In this document: positions 1-8,303 of the stretch, one piece after another
Position numbering within the stretch: the first letter of the stretch is position 1
How the letters are laid out: every line of letters begins with the position of its first letter
Assembly (NCBI GenBank): GCA_038321985.1
Contig: JBBQFN010000058.1
Location: 1 to 13,564, forward strand
Direction of reading: 5' to 3'
DNA: 13,564 nucleotides
Source of the DNA: Cyanophyceae cyanobacterium
Lineage (GTDB): Bacteria > Cyanobacteriota > Cyanobacteriia > Cyanobacteriales > Laspinemataceae
Translations under genes and position numbers: made by a program
Notes under the pieces: model-generated
What the model saw: the letters and a program-made list of their open reading frames with translations, nothing else
Databases searched by the model: none
What the model was told of the DNA's origin: nothing

Positions 1-588
1 GAAGGGGTTGAGGGTCCAGTTATGGAACCCTTGGAAGAAAAGTAGGAAGCGGAAAATTGCGGCGACGCCAAAGCTGGGAGCAAAGAACCAGCCGGATTGA
101 CCCAAGGGGTAAATCAAGAACACGCTCACAAAGACCGCAATGGGTCCGGTAAAGGCGAGTCCGTTGTAGGGACGGATCCCTAAGAGGCGGGCAATTTCCA
201 ACTGGCGCAAGCAGAAACCAATCAGACCAAAGGCCCCATGAAGGGCGACGAAGGTCCAGAGGCCGCCGAGTTGACACCAACGGGTGAAGTCTCCTTGAGC
301 TTCAGGACCCCAGAGGAACAGGAGGGAGTGTCCCAGACTGTTCGGGGGGGTAGAGACAGCCACGGTGAGGAAGTTGCAACCCTCCAGATAGGAGGAAGCT
401 AATCCGTGGGTGTACCAAGAGGTGACGAAGGTGGTGCCGGTCAGCCAGCCCCCCACTGCGAGGTAAGCGCAGGGTAGGAGTAATAGGCCAGACCAGCCGA
501 TAAAGACGAAGCGATCGCGCTTGAGCCAGTCATCGAGGACGTCAAACCATCCCCGCTCTGCCTGTGCGCGTCCAACTGCTATTGTCAT
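1..588 (-). CDS. psbD: Photosystem II D2 protein, 5' partial (codons 1-196; runs off the left edge)
   Basis: Manual translation from ATG at 588: [34 protein letters not shown]...[25 protein letters not shown]...[11 protein letters not shown]...[39 protein letters not shown]117, Tyr-D Y160 and H189 are present. Divergence from ycf4 is typical of the psbDC-operon copy. Confidence 0.99.
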   Translation of the reverse strand, partial: MTIAVGRAQAERGWFDVLDDWLKRDRFVFIGWSGLLLLPCAYLAVGGWLTGTTFVTSWYTHGLASSYLEGCNFLTVAVSTPPNSLGHSLLFLWGPEAQGDFTRWCQLGGLWTFVALHGAFGLIGFCLRQLEIARLLGIRPYNGLAFTGPIAVFVSVFLIYPLGQSGWFFAPSFGVAAIFRFLLFFQGFHNWTLNPF

Positions 589-667
589 AAGGTTCGCTTG
601 AGTTGGGTGCTGGTTTTAAATAGTCTTGCTTTACAAGAATCGCAAGATTTCTAAGTAAGTTAACATA

Positions 668-697
668 ACTATATATTACATTGAACAAAATTTGCAA
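668..697 (-). promoter_or_regulatory. Putative sigma70-type promoter of psbD
   Basis: Minus strand TTGCAA (697-692), 18 nt spacer, TATAGT (673-668), in an AT-rich stretch about 80 nt upstream of the ATG. Confidence 0.5.
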
Positions 698-1252
698 AAC
701 CCTTAGCCCAAGGCTACAGGGTTAAATGAGTGACGCAGCTCTAAACAAGGCACTTGCCCTAGTCTGTCCCCCTAAAGCAAGACAAGCTCAGGCGAACAGA
801 TGCGGCCCTGTCCGAATGCTTCCCCTGCACGAGATTACCCTGCGGCATGGTGTGTTGTGGATTTATTCTCAGGTCCGCAACGGGATTGTGGATTTGGAGG
901 GACGGTCTCCTCTTTATCAATTTTCTCAGGTCTGGATCTATGCTGTATCAAGGCCGTCTCGATCGCCCTGGGATTGATGCTGAGGTCCGCTGAACCAGAC
1001 CCAGAAGTCTGCACCTAGGGCTGAATCTTCTTCTTCTCGTCGTTGCCCTGTCAAAGGTTTTACCCCCGGTGGCTTCTTCAAAAAATTAGGGATTTCCCAT
1101 AAACTCTGCCCCATTGTTCACCGGAGAGACGGATACTAGAATAGGACCTAGTGTTAGGTACCTTGCCCTTACCGTTAGAAATGTCTGAGGATTCCTTCCC
1201 AGCTCTCTAATTATTTAGGCTTCCGTTCTCTCCCTTACCCAGATTATTTTCG

Positions 1253-1816
1253 ATGACTGCAAAAAGCATCTCTACCGATCGCGTACTTCGCAAACCTATT
1301 ATCGGATCTCGCCGGTTCAGCAATTATCTTCTAGTCGTTGTCGTTAACTTAGGAGGAATTGGTTTTCTCTTAGCCAGCATTTCCAGTTATCTGAAAGTCA
1401 ATTTTTTGCCTTTTGCAGACCCGACTCAGCTTATTTTTCTCCCCCAAGGCTTAGTCATGGGTTTTTACGGCATAGCCGCTTTGCTGCTCTCGCTTTATCT
1501 GTGGCTCACCATTCTGTGGAATGTCGGCGGTGGCTACAACGAATTTAATAAAGAAACCGGGGAGGTTCATATCTTCCGGTGGGGTTTTCCCGGCAAAAAT
1601 CGTAGAATTGATATTTCCTACCCCATCGAAGACGTCCAATCCATTCGTGTAGAAGTCAAAGAAGGACTCAACCCTAAACGGGCGATGTATATGCGAACCA
1701 AAGGTCGTAATCCCCTTCCCTTGAGTCGCGTCGGTCAACCGATCCCGTTGTCGGAACTGGAAAACGAAGGTGCAGAATTAGCTCGGTTCTTGGGGGTCCC
1801 CCTCGAAGGGTTATAA
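1253..1816 (+). CDS. ycf4: Photosystem I assembly protein Ycf4
   Basis: 187 aa with GSRRFSNY, two TM helices, FLPQGLVMGFYG, WNVGGGYNEFNK, IFRWGFPGKNRRI and ELARFLGVPLEG. Confidence 0.98.
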   Translation: MTAKSISTDRVLRKPIIGSRRFSNYLLVVVVNLGGIGFLLASISSYLKVNFLPFADPTQLIFLPQGLVMGFYGIAALLLSLYLWLTILWNVGGGYNEFNKETGEVHIFRWGFPGKNRRIDISYPIEDVQSIRVEVKEGLNPKRAMYMRTKGRNPLPLSRVGQPIPLSELENEGAELARFLGVPLEGL

Positions 1817-2052
1817 CCTAGGGTAATCCTCTTAACTCCTACTTTTTTCTGGGGTAGACTCAACTCTCAAGGAGTAATAAGAGTAAGATTGAGCCGTTGA
1901 AAATCGCCCTTGAATCCTTGAGCTTGGACAAAAGCAGGAAACTGTTTTTGTCCAACCACGCGGGATACCCCAGTCACAAAAAATTAGGTCACTCAACATT
2001 GGCATCCTATCTTTCACGGGGTCAGCATATTTTATTGGAGACACAACTCAAC

Positions 2053-2802
2053 ATGGAAATTAACATCCGGCAGTGGATTGTATCAGTTATGATTCTGGGT
2101 GCTTTGCTGGTGGGAGGTTGCACCCAACAGGATGTGACATCCGAAGCGTCTAACTTACCGACTGAACCCCCCGCAACAGTACAAGCCCCCGCAGATGCCT
2201 TAAGCAACCTCCCCCGTTTGGAGGGAAAAGCTACGGTTCAAATGGTCATTAATGGTAAACCCGTCACGATTGAAGTGGATGGTACAAATGCGCCAATTAC
2301 GGCAGGGAATTTCGTAGATTTGATTCAACGCGGGGTTTACGACGGGTTAGCGTTTCATCGGGTTGTGCGAGAACCGGAACCCTTTGTAGTTCAGGGGGGC
2401 GATCCACAAAGTAAGGACCCCAATTTTTCTGGAATGTTAGGAACCGGGGGTTTTATGGAGCCGGAAACGGGACGGGAACGTTCTATTCCGTTGGAAATTA
2501 CTCCCCAAGGTGCTCAAAGTCCAGTGTATGGACAAACCTTTCCATCGGCACGGATTAGTCAACCTCCAGCATTGCAACATAAGCGCGGCGCGGTAGCAAT
2601 GGCTCGATCGCAAGCGCCGGATTCGGCCTCTTCCCAGTTTTACTTTGCCTTAAGCGATTTAGAATTTTTAGATGGCAATTATGCCGTTTTTGGGACCGTT
2701 ACCGAAGGTATGGATACGGTTGATAGTATTCAAGAGGGCGATCGCATTCAATCTGCTCGGGTTGTTGACGGGGTGCAAAATCTCCGCGTCAACGGTCAGT
2801 AA
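2053..2802 (+). CDS. Cyclophilin-type peptidyl-prolyl cis-trans isomerase, predicted lipoprotein
   Basis: Motifs APITAGNFVDL, YDGLAFHRVV, FVVQGGDP, GAVAMARS, SASSQFY and YAVFG. Start moved from the track's TTG at 1897 to ATG 2053, which follows GGAG at 2037-2040 and gives a signal peptide ending in the lipobox-like LVGGC. Confidence 0.93.
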   Translation: MEINIRQWIVSVMILGALLVGGCTQQDVTSEASNLPTEPPATVQAPADALSNLPRLEGKATVQMVINGKPVTIEVDGTNAPITAGNFVDLIQRGVYDGLAFHRVVREPEPFVVQGGDPQSKDPNFSGMLGTGGFMEPETGRERSIPLEITPQGAQSPVYGQTFPSARISQPPALQHKRGAVAMARSQAPDSASSQFYFALSDLEFLDGNYAVFGTVTEGMDTVDSIQEGDRIQSARVVDGVQNLRVNGQ

Positions 2803-2829
2803 TCAAGGATAAGGAGCAGCCATCTAGGG

Positions 2830-3987
2830 GTGGAAATTGTTGTCACAGGAATCGGTCTGATATGCGCCTTGGGCGGGGGTTTGGAGGAGGTTTGGCACAG
2901 GCTGCTGGCGGGGGAGTCGGCGATCGCCCTCGGGCAACCCTTCCCTGAACTGCCACCCCGTCCCCTGGCTCAGATTGGCTCTACTCCCGCTCGGCTGGAG
3001 CAGCTGCTCGAACCTGTGGTGGCAAGCGCTCTTAAAGACGCCGGTTTAGTGTCACCTCTGCCTAATTGTGGGGTGGTGATTGGGTCTAGTCGCGCTCATC
3101 AGGGTCAATTGGAGGAATTAGCACGGCAATTTTGTCAAAATCCTCCCCTTGACGAAGGCAATTGGGGAGTCAATTGGTTACAACTATTACCCCATACCCC
3201 AGGGATGGCGACTGCCCGACAAATTGGTTCTACCGGACCTGTGATGGCACCCATGGCCGCTTGTGCGACGGGAATTTGGGCGATCGCCTACGGGTTTGAA
3301 CTGATCCGAACCGGCCAATGCCAGCAGGTTGTGGTCGGTGCGGCAGAAGCCCCAATTACCCCCTTGACCCTCACCGGATTTACCCAAATGAGTGCTTATG
3401 CCAAAACCGGCTGTTATCCCTTTGACCGCAATCGGGAAGGGTTAGTTTTAGGGGAAGCTGCCGCCGTTTTTGTCTTAGAATCGGCAGATTTTGCCCACCA
3501 GCGCGGGGCAAAAAAAATTTATGGCAAAATCCTCGGACTTGGGATTACTAATGATGCTCGGTATGCTAATGCTCCCGACGAGGACGCAAAGGGAGCGATC
3601 GCCGCAGTCCAGCAGTGTCTGGCGCGATCGCAGTTGCACCCCTGGGAAATTGATTTTATTCACGCTCATGGCACTAGCACCCACCTTAATGATCGCACTG
3701 AAGCTAAATTGATTAGCGCTCTCTTTCCTCAGGGTGTGCCGGTGAGTTCTACTAAAGGAGCTACCGGTCATAGTTTAGGTGCATCTGGAGCGTTAGGTGC
3801 TGCCTTTTGTCTAATGGCATTGCGCGATCGCTATTTACCCCCTTGTGTCGGATTAGCAGTCCCAGAATTTGAACTCGATTTCGTGAGGCGATCGCGTCAG
3901 ATCCAGCTACAACACACCCTCTGTTTTAGTTTTGGTTTTGGCGGACAGAATGCCGTATTAGCTTTGGGACAATCAAAGCCCATCTGA
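2830..3987 (+). CDS. Beta-ketoacyl-ACP synthase II-like protein (FabF paralog)
   Basis: IVVTGIG N-terminus, catalytic Cys in AACATG, PFDRNREG, HAHGTST, STKGATGHSLGASG and SFGFGGQN. GTG start downstream of AAGGAG. Confidence 0.92.
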   Translation: MEIVVTGIGLICALGGGLEEVWHRLLAGESAIALGQPFPELPPRPLAQIGSTPARLEQLLEPVVASALKDAGLVSPLPNCGVVIGSSRAHQGQLEELARQFCQNPPLDEGNWGVNWLQLLPHTPGMATARQIGSTGPVMAPMAACATGIWAIAYGFELIRTGQCQQVVVGAAEAPITPLTLTGFTQMSAYAKTGCYPFDRNREGLVLGEAAAVFVLESADFAHQRGAKKIYGKILGLGITNDARYANAPDEDAKGAIAAVQQCLARSQLHPWEIDFIHAHGTSTHLNDRTEAKLISALFPQGVPVSSTKGATGHSLGASGALGAAFCLMALRDRYLPPCVGLAVPEFELDFVRRSRQIQLQHTLCFSFGFGGQNAVLALGQSKPI

Positions 3988-4065
3988 CTATTTTTTTATG
4001 AAATCTATAGCCTTTGTAGAATAAAATCAAAACCCCTATTCGATTCACGATGCAGGTAACTTAAC

Positions 4066-5178
4066 ATGGATTTGGAATCGCATCGCTTTATTTCATATTT
4101 TCTCCCCGAACAAAGAGCTGAATTATGCCACAGCGCCAGTCTAGAAAATTTTCCAAAAGGCACGGTAATTTTTGATGAAAACGAAAAACCCGATTCTCTA
4201 TATCTGGTTTTAAATGGAAAAATTGAATTTAGCAAACGGGGAGGATTAGGCCAATATCAAGCCGTTGCTTGGGCTGAGGAAAATGAATTTTTTGGCGAGT
4301 TTGGTGTTTTAGATGGACAACCCCGTAGTGCTAGAGCAGTTGCTTGTCAACCTGCCACCATTGCTAAAATACCGGGCGATCGCTTGATAGATATTTTAGA
4401 GCGATCGCCCGGAAAGGTGGTTTTGCAGTTATTTCACCATATTATTCATTCTCTACGTCTGACTACCGAACAATATGTGAATCAAATGGTTCACAAACAT
4501 AAAATGATGCTGGTAGGAGAGATGGCGAATACCATTATTCATGACTTTAAAAGCCCCTTTACCGGAATTTCTTTAGCCACTTCCATGTTAAAAGATTTGC
4601 ATGAAACTGAAGAAACTCACGAATGGTGTAATTTAATTCAAGAACAAATTACCCAAATGGTCGTCATGACTGAGGAAATTTTAGAATTTACTCGGGGCAA
4701 TCCAATTTTAAATAAAAAACCTATAAATTTAGCTGAGATTTTAGAAAGATTTCACCGATTAAACTATATTTACTGGAATCAAGCTCATGTCAATTTTATT
4801 CTTCAATGTGATAATATTGTCCTCAATGCCGATGAGAATAAACTCATGCGAGTCTGGCAAAATTTAGTCGGAAATGCGGTAGAAGCCCTAGAGGGCCAAG
4901 GAGGAGAAATTTTGATGGTAGCGACAAAGCGGGACCAGAATGCCCTCATTAAAATTGTCGATACTGGACCGGGCATTCCCGAAGCAATTCAAACCCGATT
5001 ATTCGATCCTTTTGTCACCTATGGAAAGCGGGGTGGAACGGGACTCGGAACAGCGATCGCCCTTTCAATTGTTGAAGCCCACGGGGGCGATATTACCTGC
5101 GAATCACAACCTGGAAAAGGAACGACATTTTATATCCGATTACCCCTCATGGTGAGTCTAAATCATGACCCTGACTGA
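4066..5178 (+). CDS. Soluble sensor histidine kinase with N-terminal cyclic-nucleotide-binding domain
   Basis: cNMP cassette FFGEFGVLDGQPRSA; H-box IIHDFKSP; N-box NLVGNA; G1 DTGPGI; F-box LFDPFVT; G2 GGTGLG. No TM segment is evident. Confidence 0.93.
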   Translation: MDLESHRFISYFLPEQRAELCHSASLENFPKGTVIFDENEKPDSLYLVLNGKIEFSKRGGLGQYQAVAWAEENEFFGEFGVLDGQPRSARAVACQPATIAKIPGDRLIDILERSPGKVVLQLFHHIIHSLRLTTEQYVNQMVHKHKMMLVGEMANTIIHDFKSPFTGISLATSMLKDLHETEETHEWCNLIQEQITQMVVMTEEILEFTRGNPILNKKPINLAEILERFHRLNYIYWNQAHVNFILQCDNIVLNADENKLMRVWQNLVGNAVEALEGQGGEILMVATKRDQNALIKIVDTGPGIPEAIQTRLFDPFVTYGKRGGTGLGTAIALSIVEAHGGDITCESQPGKGTTFYIRLPLMVSLNHDPD

Positions 5179-6718
5179 ACGCATTCTCTCTCAACTCCCC
5201 GGGGATGTTCTCACGGGACTCCATCGAAGCGATCGCCTCTGGCAGTCCCTGAAAAAAAATCCCCAGGTGATTCCCTCCGTGGTTACCGAAAATTCACAAC
5301 CCCTAAGCAAGTTGGAATGGGATGTTTTAGTTTGTGGTGGTACTTTGGGAATTTTTATCGGGTCCGCCTTGGCAGCAAAAGGCTGGCGTGTCGCGTTAAT
5401 TGAGCGAGGCATCTTGCGGGGTCGGGATCAAGAATGGAATATTTCCCGAGAAGAATTAAACCAATTTGTAGAACTGGATTTATTATCAGAGGAACAGGTA
5501 GAACAGGCGATCGCCACCCAATACAACCAGGCTCGTATTCAATTTAATGGCGGTCCCGAATTCTGGGTGCGTGACGTTCTCAACATCGGCGTCGATCCTG
5601 TTTACCTCCTCGACACTCTTAGGGCTAGATTTTTGCAAGCTGGGGGTGAAATTTTTGAAACAACCCCCTTTGAAAGTGCGGAAGTTCATCCCAATGGCAT
5701 CCTCGTCAAAAGCACTACTGGAAAATCCTTTACCGCGCGCTTACTTTTAGATGTCATGGGGCATTTTTCCCCAATTGTTCGCCAAATCCGCCAGGGACAA
5801 AAACCTGATGGCGTTTGTCTAGTTGTCGGCAGTTGTGCTCAAGGATTTACAAATAACGAAACTGGGGATTTAATCACCTCTTTCACTCCGATTCAGAAAC
5901 AGTGCCAGTATTTTTGGGAAGCGTTTCCCGCAAGGGATGGTAGAACCACTTATTTATTTACTTATTTAGATGCTCATCCCAGTCGCCTCAGTTTAATCGA
6001 GCTATATGAAGATTATCTAAAACTACTGCCCGAGTATCAAAAAGTGGACTTAGCCCAGTTAGAATTTGTGCGGGCGCTATTTGGGTTTTTCCCCGCCTAT
6101 CGAGATAGTCCCTTGCGATCGCCCTGGGACCGAATTCTTGCCGTTGGAGATAGTAGTGGTATCCAATCTCCCCTCAGTTTCGGCGGTTTTGGGGCCATGC
6201 TGCGCCACCTCAAACGCCTAACTTACGGGATTGATGAGGCATTAGAACGGGAGATGCTCTCCCACGCGGCTTTAGCCAAATTGCAACCCTATCAGCCCAA
6301 TATTTCGGTGACTTGGTTGTTTCAACGGGCGATGAGTGTGGGGATGGAACAACAACTCGAACCCAATCAAATTAATGAACTCCTCTCCGGGGTCTTTACT
6401 TGTATGGAACAGTTAGGAGATCCGGTACTCAAACCCTTTTTACAAGATGTTATTCAATTTGGGGGATTATCCCAAACCCTATTTAAAACGGCGATCGCTC
6501 AGACAAACTCTGTCTTTCGAGTCATTCCCCAAGTCGGACTCCCTGCTCTGGTAGACTGGATGCAGCATTACCTTAACCTCGGGATTTATAGTGCCTTGTC
6601 GCCCATCGGACAACGCTGTGAAACTTGGGTTAATCGGTTACCCCCCGCCCAACAATATTATTGTCATCGATGGATTCAAGCGTGGCAGTACGGATCCGGG
6701 GGCGACTCCAAAAGTTAG
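5165..6718 (+). CDS. cruP: FAD-dependent oxidoreductase of the CruA/CruP lycopene-cyclase-like family (CruP-type)
   Basis: 517 aa with DVLVCGGTLG dinucleotide motif, GRDQEWNISR, QYFWEAFPA, RTTYLFTY, GDSSGIQSPLSFGGFG, PFLQDVIQF and C-terminal AWQYGSGGD. Length and motifs fit CruP rather than the longer CruA (from memory). Confidence 0.8.
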   Translation: MTLTERILSQLPGDVLTGLHRSDRLWQSLKKNPQVIPSVVTENSQPLSKLEWDVLVCGGTLGIFIGSALAAKGWRVALIERGILRGRDQEWNISREELNQFVELDLLSEEQVEQAIATQYNQARIQFNGGPEFWVRDVLNIGVDPVYLLDTLRARFLQAGGEIFETTPFESAEVHPNGILVKSTTGKSFTARLLLDVMGHFSPIVRQIRQGQKPDGVCLVVGSCAQGFTNNETGDLITSFTPIQKQCQYFWEAFPARDGRTTYLFTYLDAHPSRLSLIELYEDYLKLLPEYQKVDLAQLEFVRALFGFFPAYRDSPLRSPWDRILAVGDSSGIQSPLSFGGFGAMLRHLKRLTYGIDEALEREMLSHAALAKLQPYQPNISVTWLFQRAMSVGMEQQLEPNQINELLSGVFTCMEQLGDPVLKPFLQDVIQFGGLSQTLFKTAIAQTNSVFRVIPQVGLPALVDWMQHYLNLGIYSALSPIGQRCETWVNRLPPAQQYYCHRWIQAWQYGSGGDSKS

Positions 6719-7100
6719 ACCGAATTGATAGAGTTATATACTCAAATTTAATCGCGGAAGCAAGACTATTTAAACAATCGCCAAAATCCAGAACGGACAG
6801 CTTTTTATCAAGCGATTGAGGGGTTACAAACGGGAATCAGACGGTCGCTAAACTTAAGTCGGGACCGACAAATCACCGCCCGAAATGCCGTCAATTATTA
6901 TCAATCACTTGCCCAACAGATTATCCGCCTAGACTGGATAAATTTTGGCGACGATCACAAAAACTGCCACACTTGCTAAACTAAATAAGGGGTTAATGGA
7001 ACGGACCATCAACGGTACTATCTACATCCTCGGGACCGCCCGAAATTTTTCTAAAAATGTGTTATCACCAACACCCAATCATTCATCCCCCCTACCGTGA
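6719..7100 (+). pseudogene. Probable decayed gene remnant of unknown family
   Basis: Protein-like reading TELIELYTQI*SRKQDYLNNRQNPERTAFYQAIEGLQTGIRRSLNLSRDRQITARNAVNYYQSLAQQIIRLDW..., with TAA at 6749 and 75 open codons at 6752-6976 lacking an ATG. A shifted frame is open from 6942 to TGA at 7100. Confidence 0.4.
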
Positions 7101-7114
7101 GAGTTTTATCTATC

Positions 7115-8209
7115 ATGACGAGTAACCTTCACTCAACCTCAGACGAACCGGCCACAGGGACAGTTAATCAACCCAAGCCCGGAACATCTTCCCTTGAAAA
7201 AAAACCCCTGTTGGGGCTATCTTTACCTCAGTTGACCGAATGGGTGCAAGAGCAAAAACAACCCGCTTATCGGGGAAAACAACTCCATAACTGGATTTAT
7301 GATAAAGGAGCGCGATCGCTCTGTGACATTACCGTATTTTCTAAACAGTGGCGCGAACAAGTTGCCGACTATCCCCTCGGGCGATCAATCATTTCTCACA
7401 AATCTATTGCCAACGATGGGACCATTAAATACTTACTCCAATTAACCGATGGTCAAATCATTGAAGCCGTAGGAATTCCCACAGAAAAACGCTTGACCGT
7501 TTGCGTTTCTTCTCAAGTGGGATGTCCAATGGGTTGTGACTTTTGTGCTACCGGAAAAGGCGGATTTACGCGCAATTTGGAAACCCATGAAATTGTCGAT
7601 CAAGTCTTAACCGTGCAGGAAGATTTTGGACGCCGGGTGAGTCATATTGTATTTATGGGGATGGGAGAACCATTACTCAATACCGAGAATGTTTTAGCCG
7701 CAGTGCGATCAATCAATGAAGATATCGGAATTGGTCAACGGTGCATCACCCTTTCCACAGTCGGCATCCGCGATCGCATCCCCCAACTCGCCAAACATCA
7801 CGGTCAATTTACCCTCGCCGTCAGCCTCCATGCCTCCAACCAGAAACTCCGGGAAAAACTGATTCCCAATGCGGGAGGATATCCCATCGAAAAAATCATC
7901 GCCGATTGCCGGGAGTATGTGAAAATTTCCGGACGCCGGGTGACTTTTGAATATATCCTACTCGCGGAATTTAACGATCGCACCCAAAATGCCGAAGAAC
8001 TAGCCACCCTGTTACGGGGCTTCCAAAGTCATGTGAACTTGATTCCCTACAACCCGATTCAAGAAGTAGACTTTAAACGACCCGATCGCCATCGGGTGCA
8101 AGCCTTTGTCGAAGCGTTAGAAAAGCGGCATATTGCAGTCAGCGTCCGCTATTCTCGCGGGTTAGAAGCCGATGCAGCCTGTGGTCAACTGAGAGCCTCA
8201 AAAGCCTAA
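7115..8209 (+). CDS. rlmN: 23S rRNA m2A2503 / tRNA methyltransferase RlmN (radical SAM)
   Basis: [15 protein letters not shown] (CxxxCxxC), [24 protein letters not shown] and DAACGQL. ATG 7115 is preferred; the alternative is GTG 7097. Confidence 0.97.
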   Translation: MTSNLHSTSDEPATGTVNQPKPGTSSLEKKPLLGLSLPQLTEWVQEQKQPAYRGKQLHNWIYDKGARSLCDITVFSKQWREQVADYPLGRSIISHKSIANDGTIKYLLQLTDGQIIEAVGIPTEKRLTVCVSSQVGCPMGCDFCATGKGGFTRNLETHEIVDQVLTVQEDFGRRVSHIVFMGMGEPLLNTENVLAAVRSINEDIGIGQRCITLSTVGIRDRIPQLAKHHGQFTLAVSLHASNQKLREKLIPNAGGYPIEKIIADCREYVKISGRRVTFEYILLAEFNDRTQNAEELATLLRGFQSHVNLIPYNPIQEVDFKRPDRHRVQAFVEALEKRHIAVSVRYSRGLEADAACGQLRASKA

Positions 8210-8214
8210 AAAAT

Positions 8215-8244
8215 GGGCGATCGCATTTCTAAACGCGATCGCCC
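8215..8244. terminator. Hairpin between convergent genes, built from two HIP1 sites
   Basis: Perfect 10-bp stem GGGCGATCGC (8215-8224) / GCGATCGCCC (8235-8244) with a 10-nt loop, 5 nt after the rlmN stop. The A-run at 8208-8213 gives a U-tail for the minus-strand transcript. Confidence 0.7.
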
Positions 8245-8303
8245 TAATTAAGCAGCAAGAAAGTTAGTAAGGAAGAGAGAATTAACCGATGGGATTTTCT
8301 AAA

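Noticed and set aside
20..280. 86-aa minus-strand ORF in the track
   Set aside because: It is an alternative frame inside psbD; the true frame is open from 588 to the window edge.
660..700. HLR1 (RpaB) site in the psbD promoter
   Set aside because: Only one TTACATT half-site is present, with no correctly spaced second repeat.
855..995. CRISPR-like array suggested by ~56-bp spacing of AGGTC motifs
   Set aside because: The shared cores are only 5-10 nt, far too short and degenerate, and no cas genes are present.
726..1018. Overlapping ORFs 726-977 and 800-1018
   Set aside because: No recognisable motifs, no clear RBS and atypical composition; probably chance ORFs.
1854..1867. GTAGACTCAA(A)CTCT shared with 9258-9272
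   Set aside because: Only a 10-nt exact match with no shared flanks; cannot be distinguished from chance without a genome-wide search.
1897..2052. 52-codon N-terminal extension of the cyclophilin from TTG 1897
   Set aside because: It would bury the signal peptide; ATG 2053 has an RBS-like GGAG and gives a normal lipoprotein N-terminus.
1451..8007. Short antisense or alternative-frame ORFs within ycf4, the cyclophilin, KAS, kinase, cruP and rlmN
   Set aside because: They are shadows of well-supported genes and carry no motifs.
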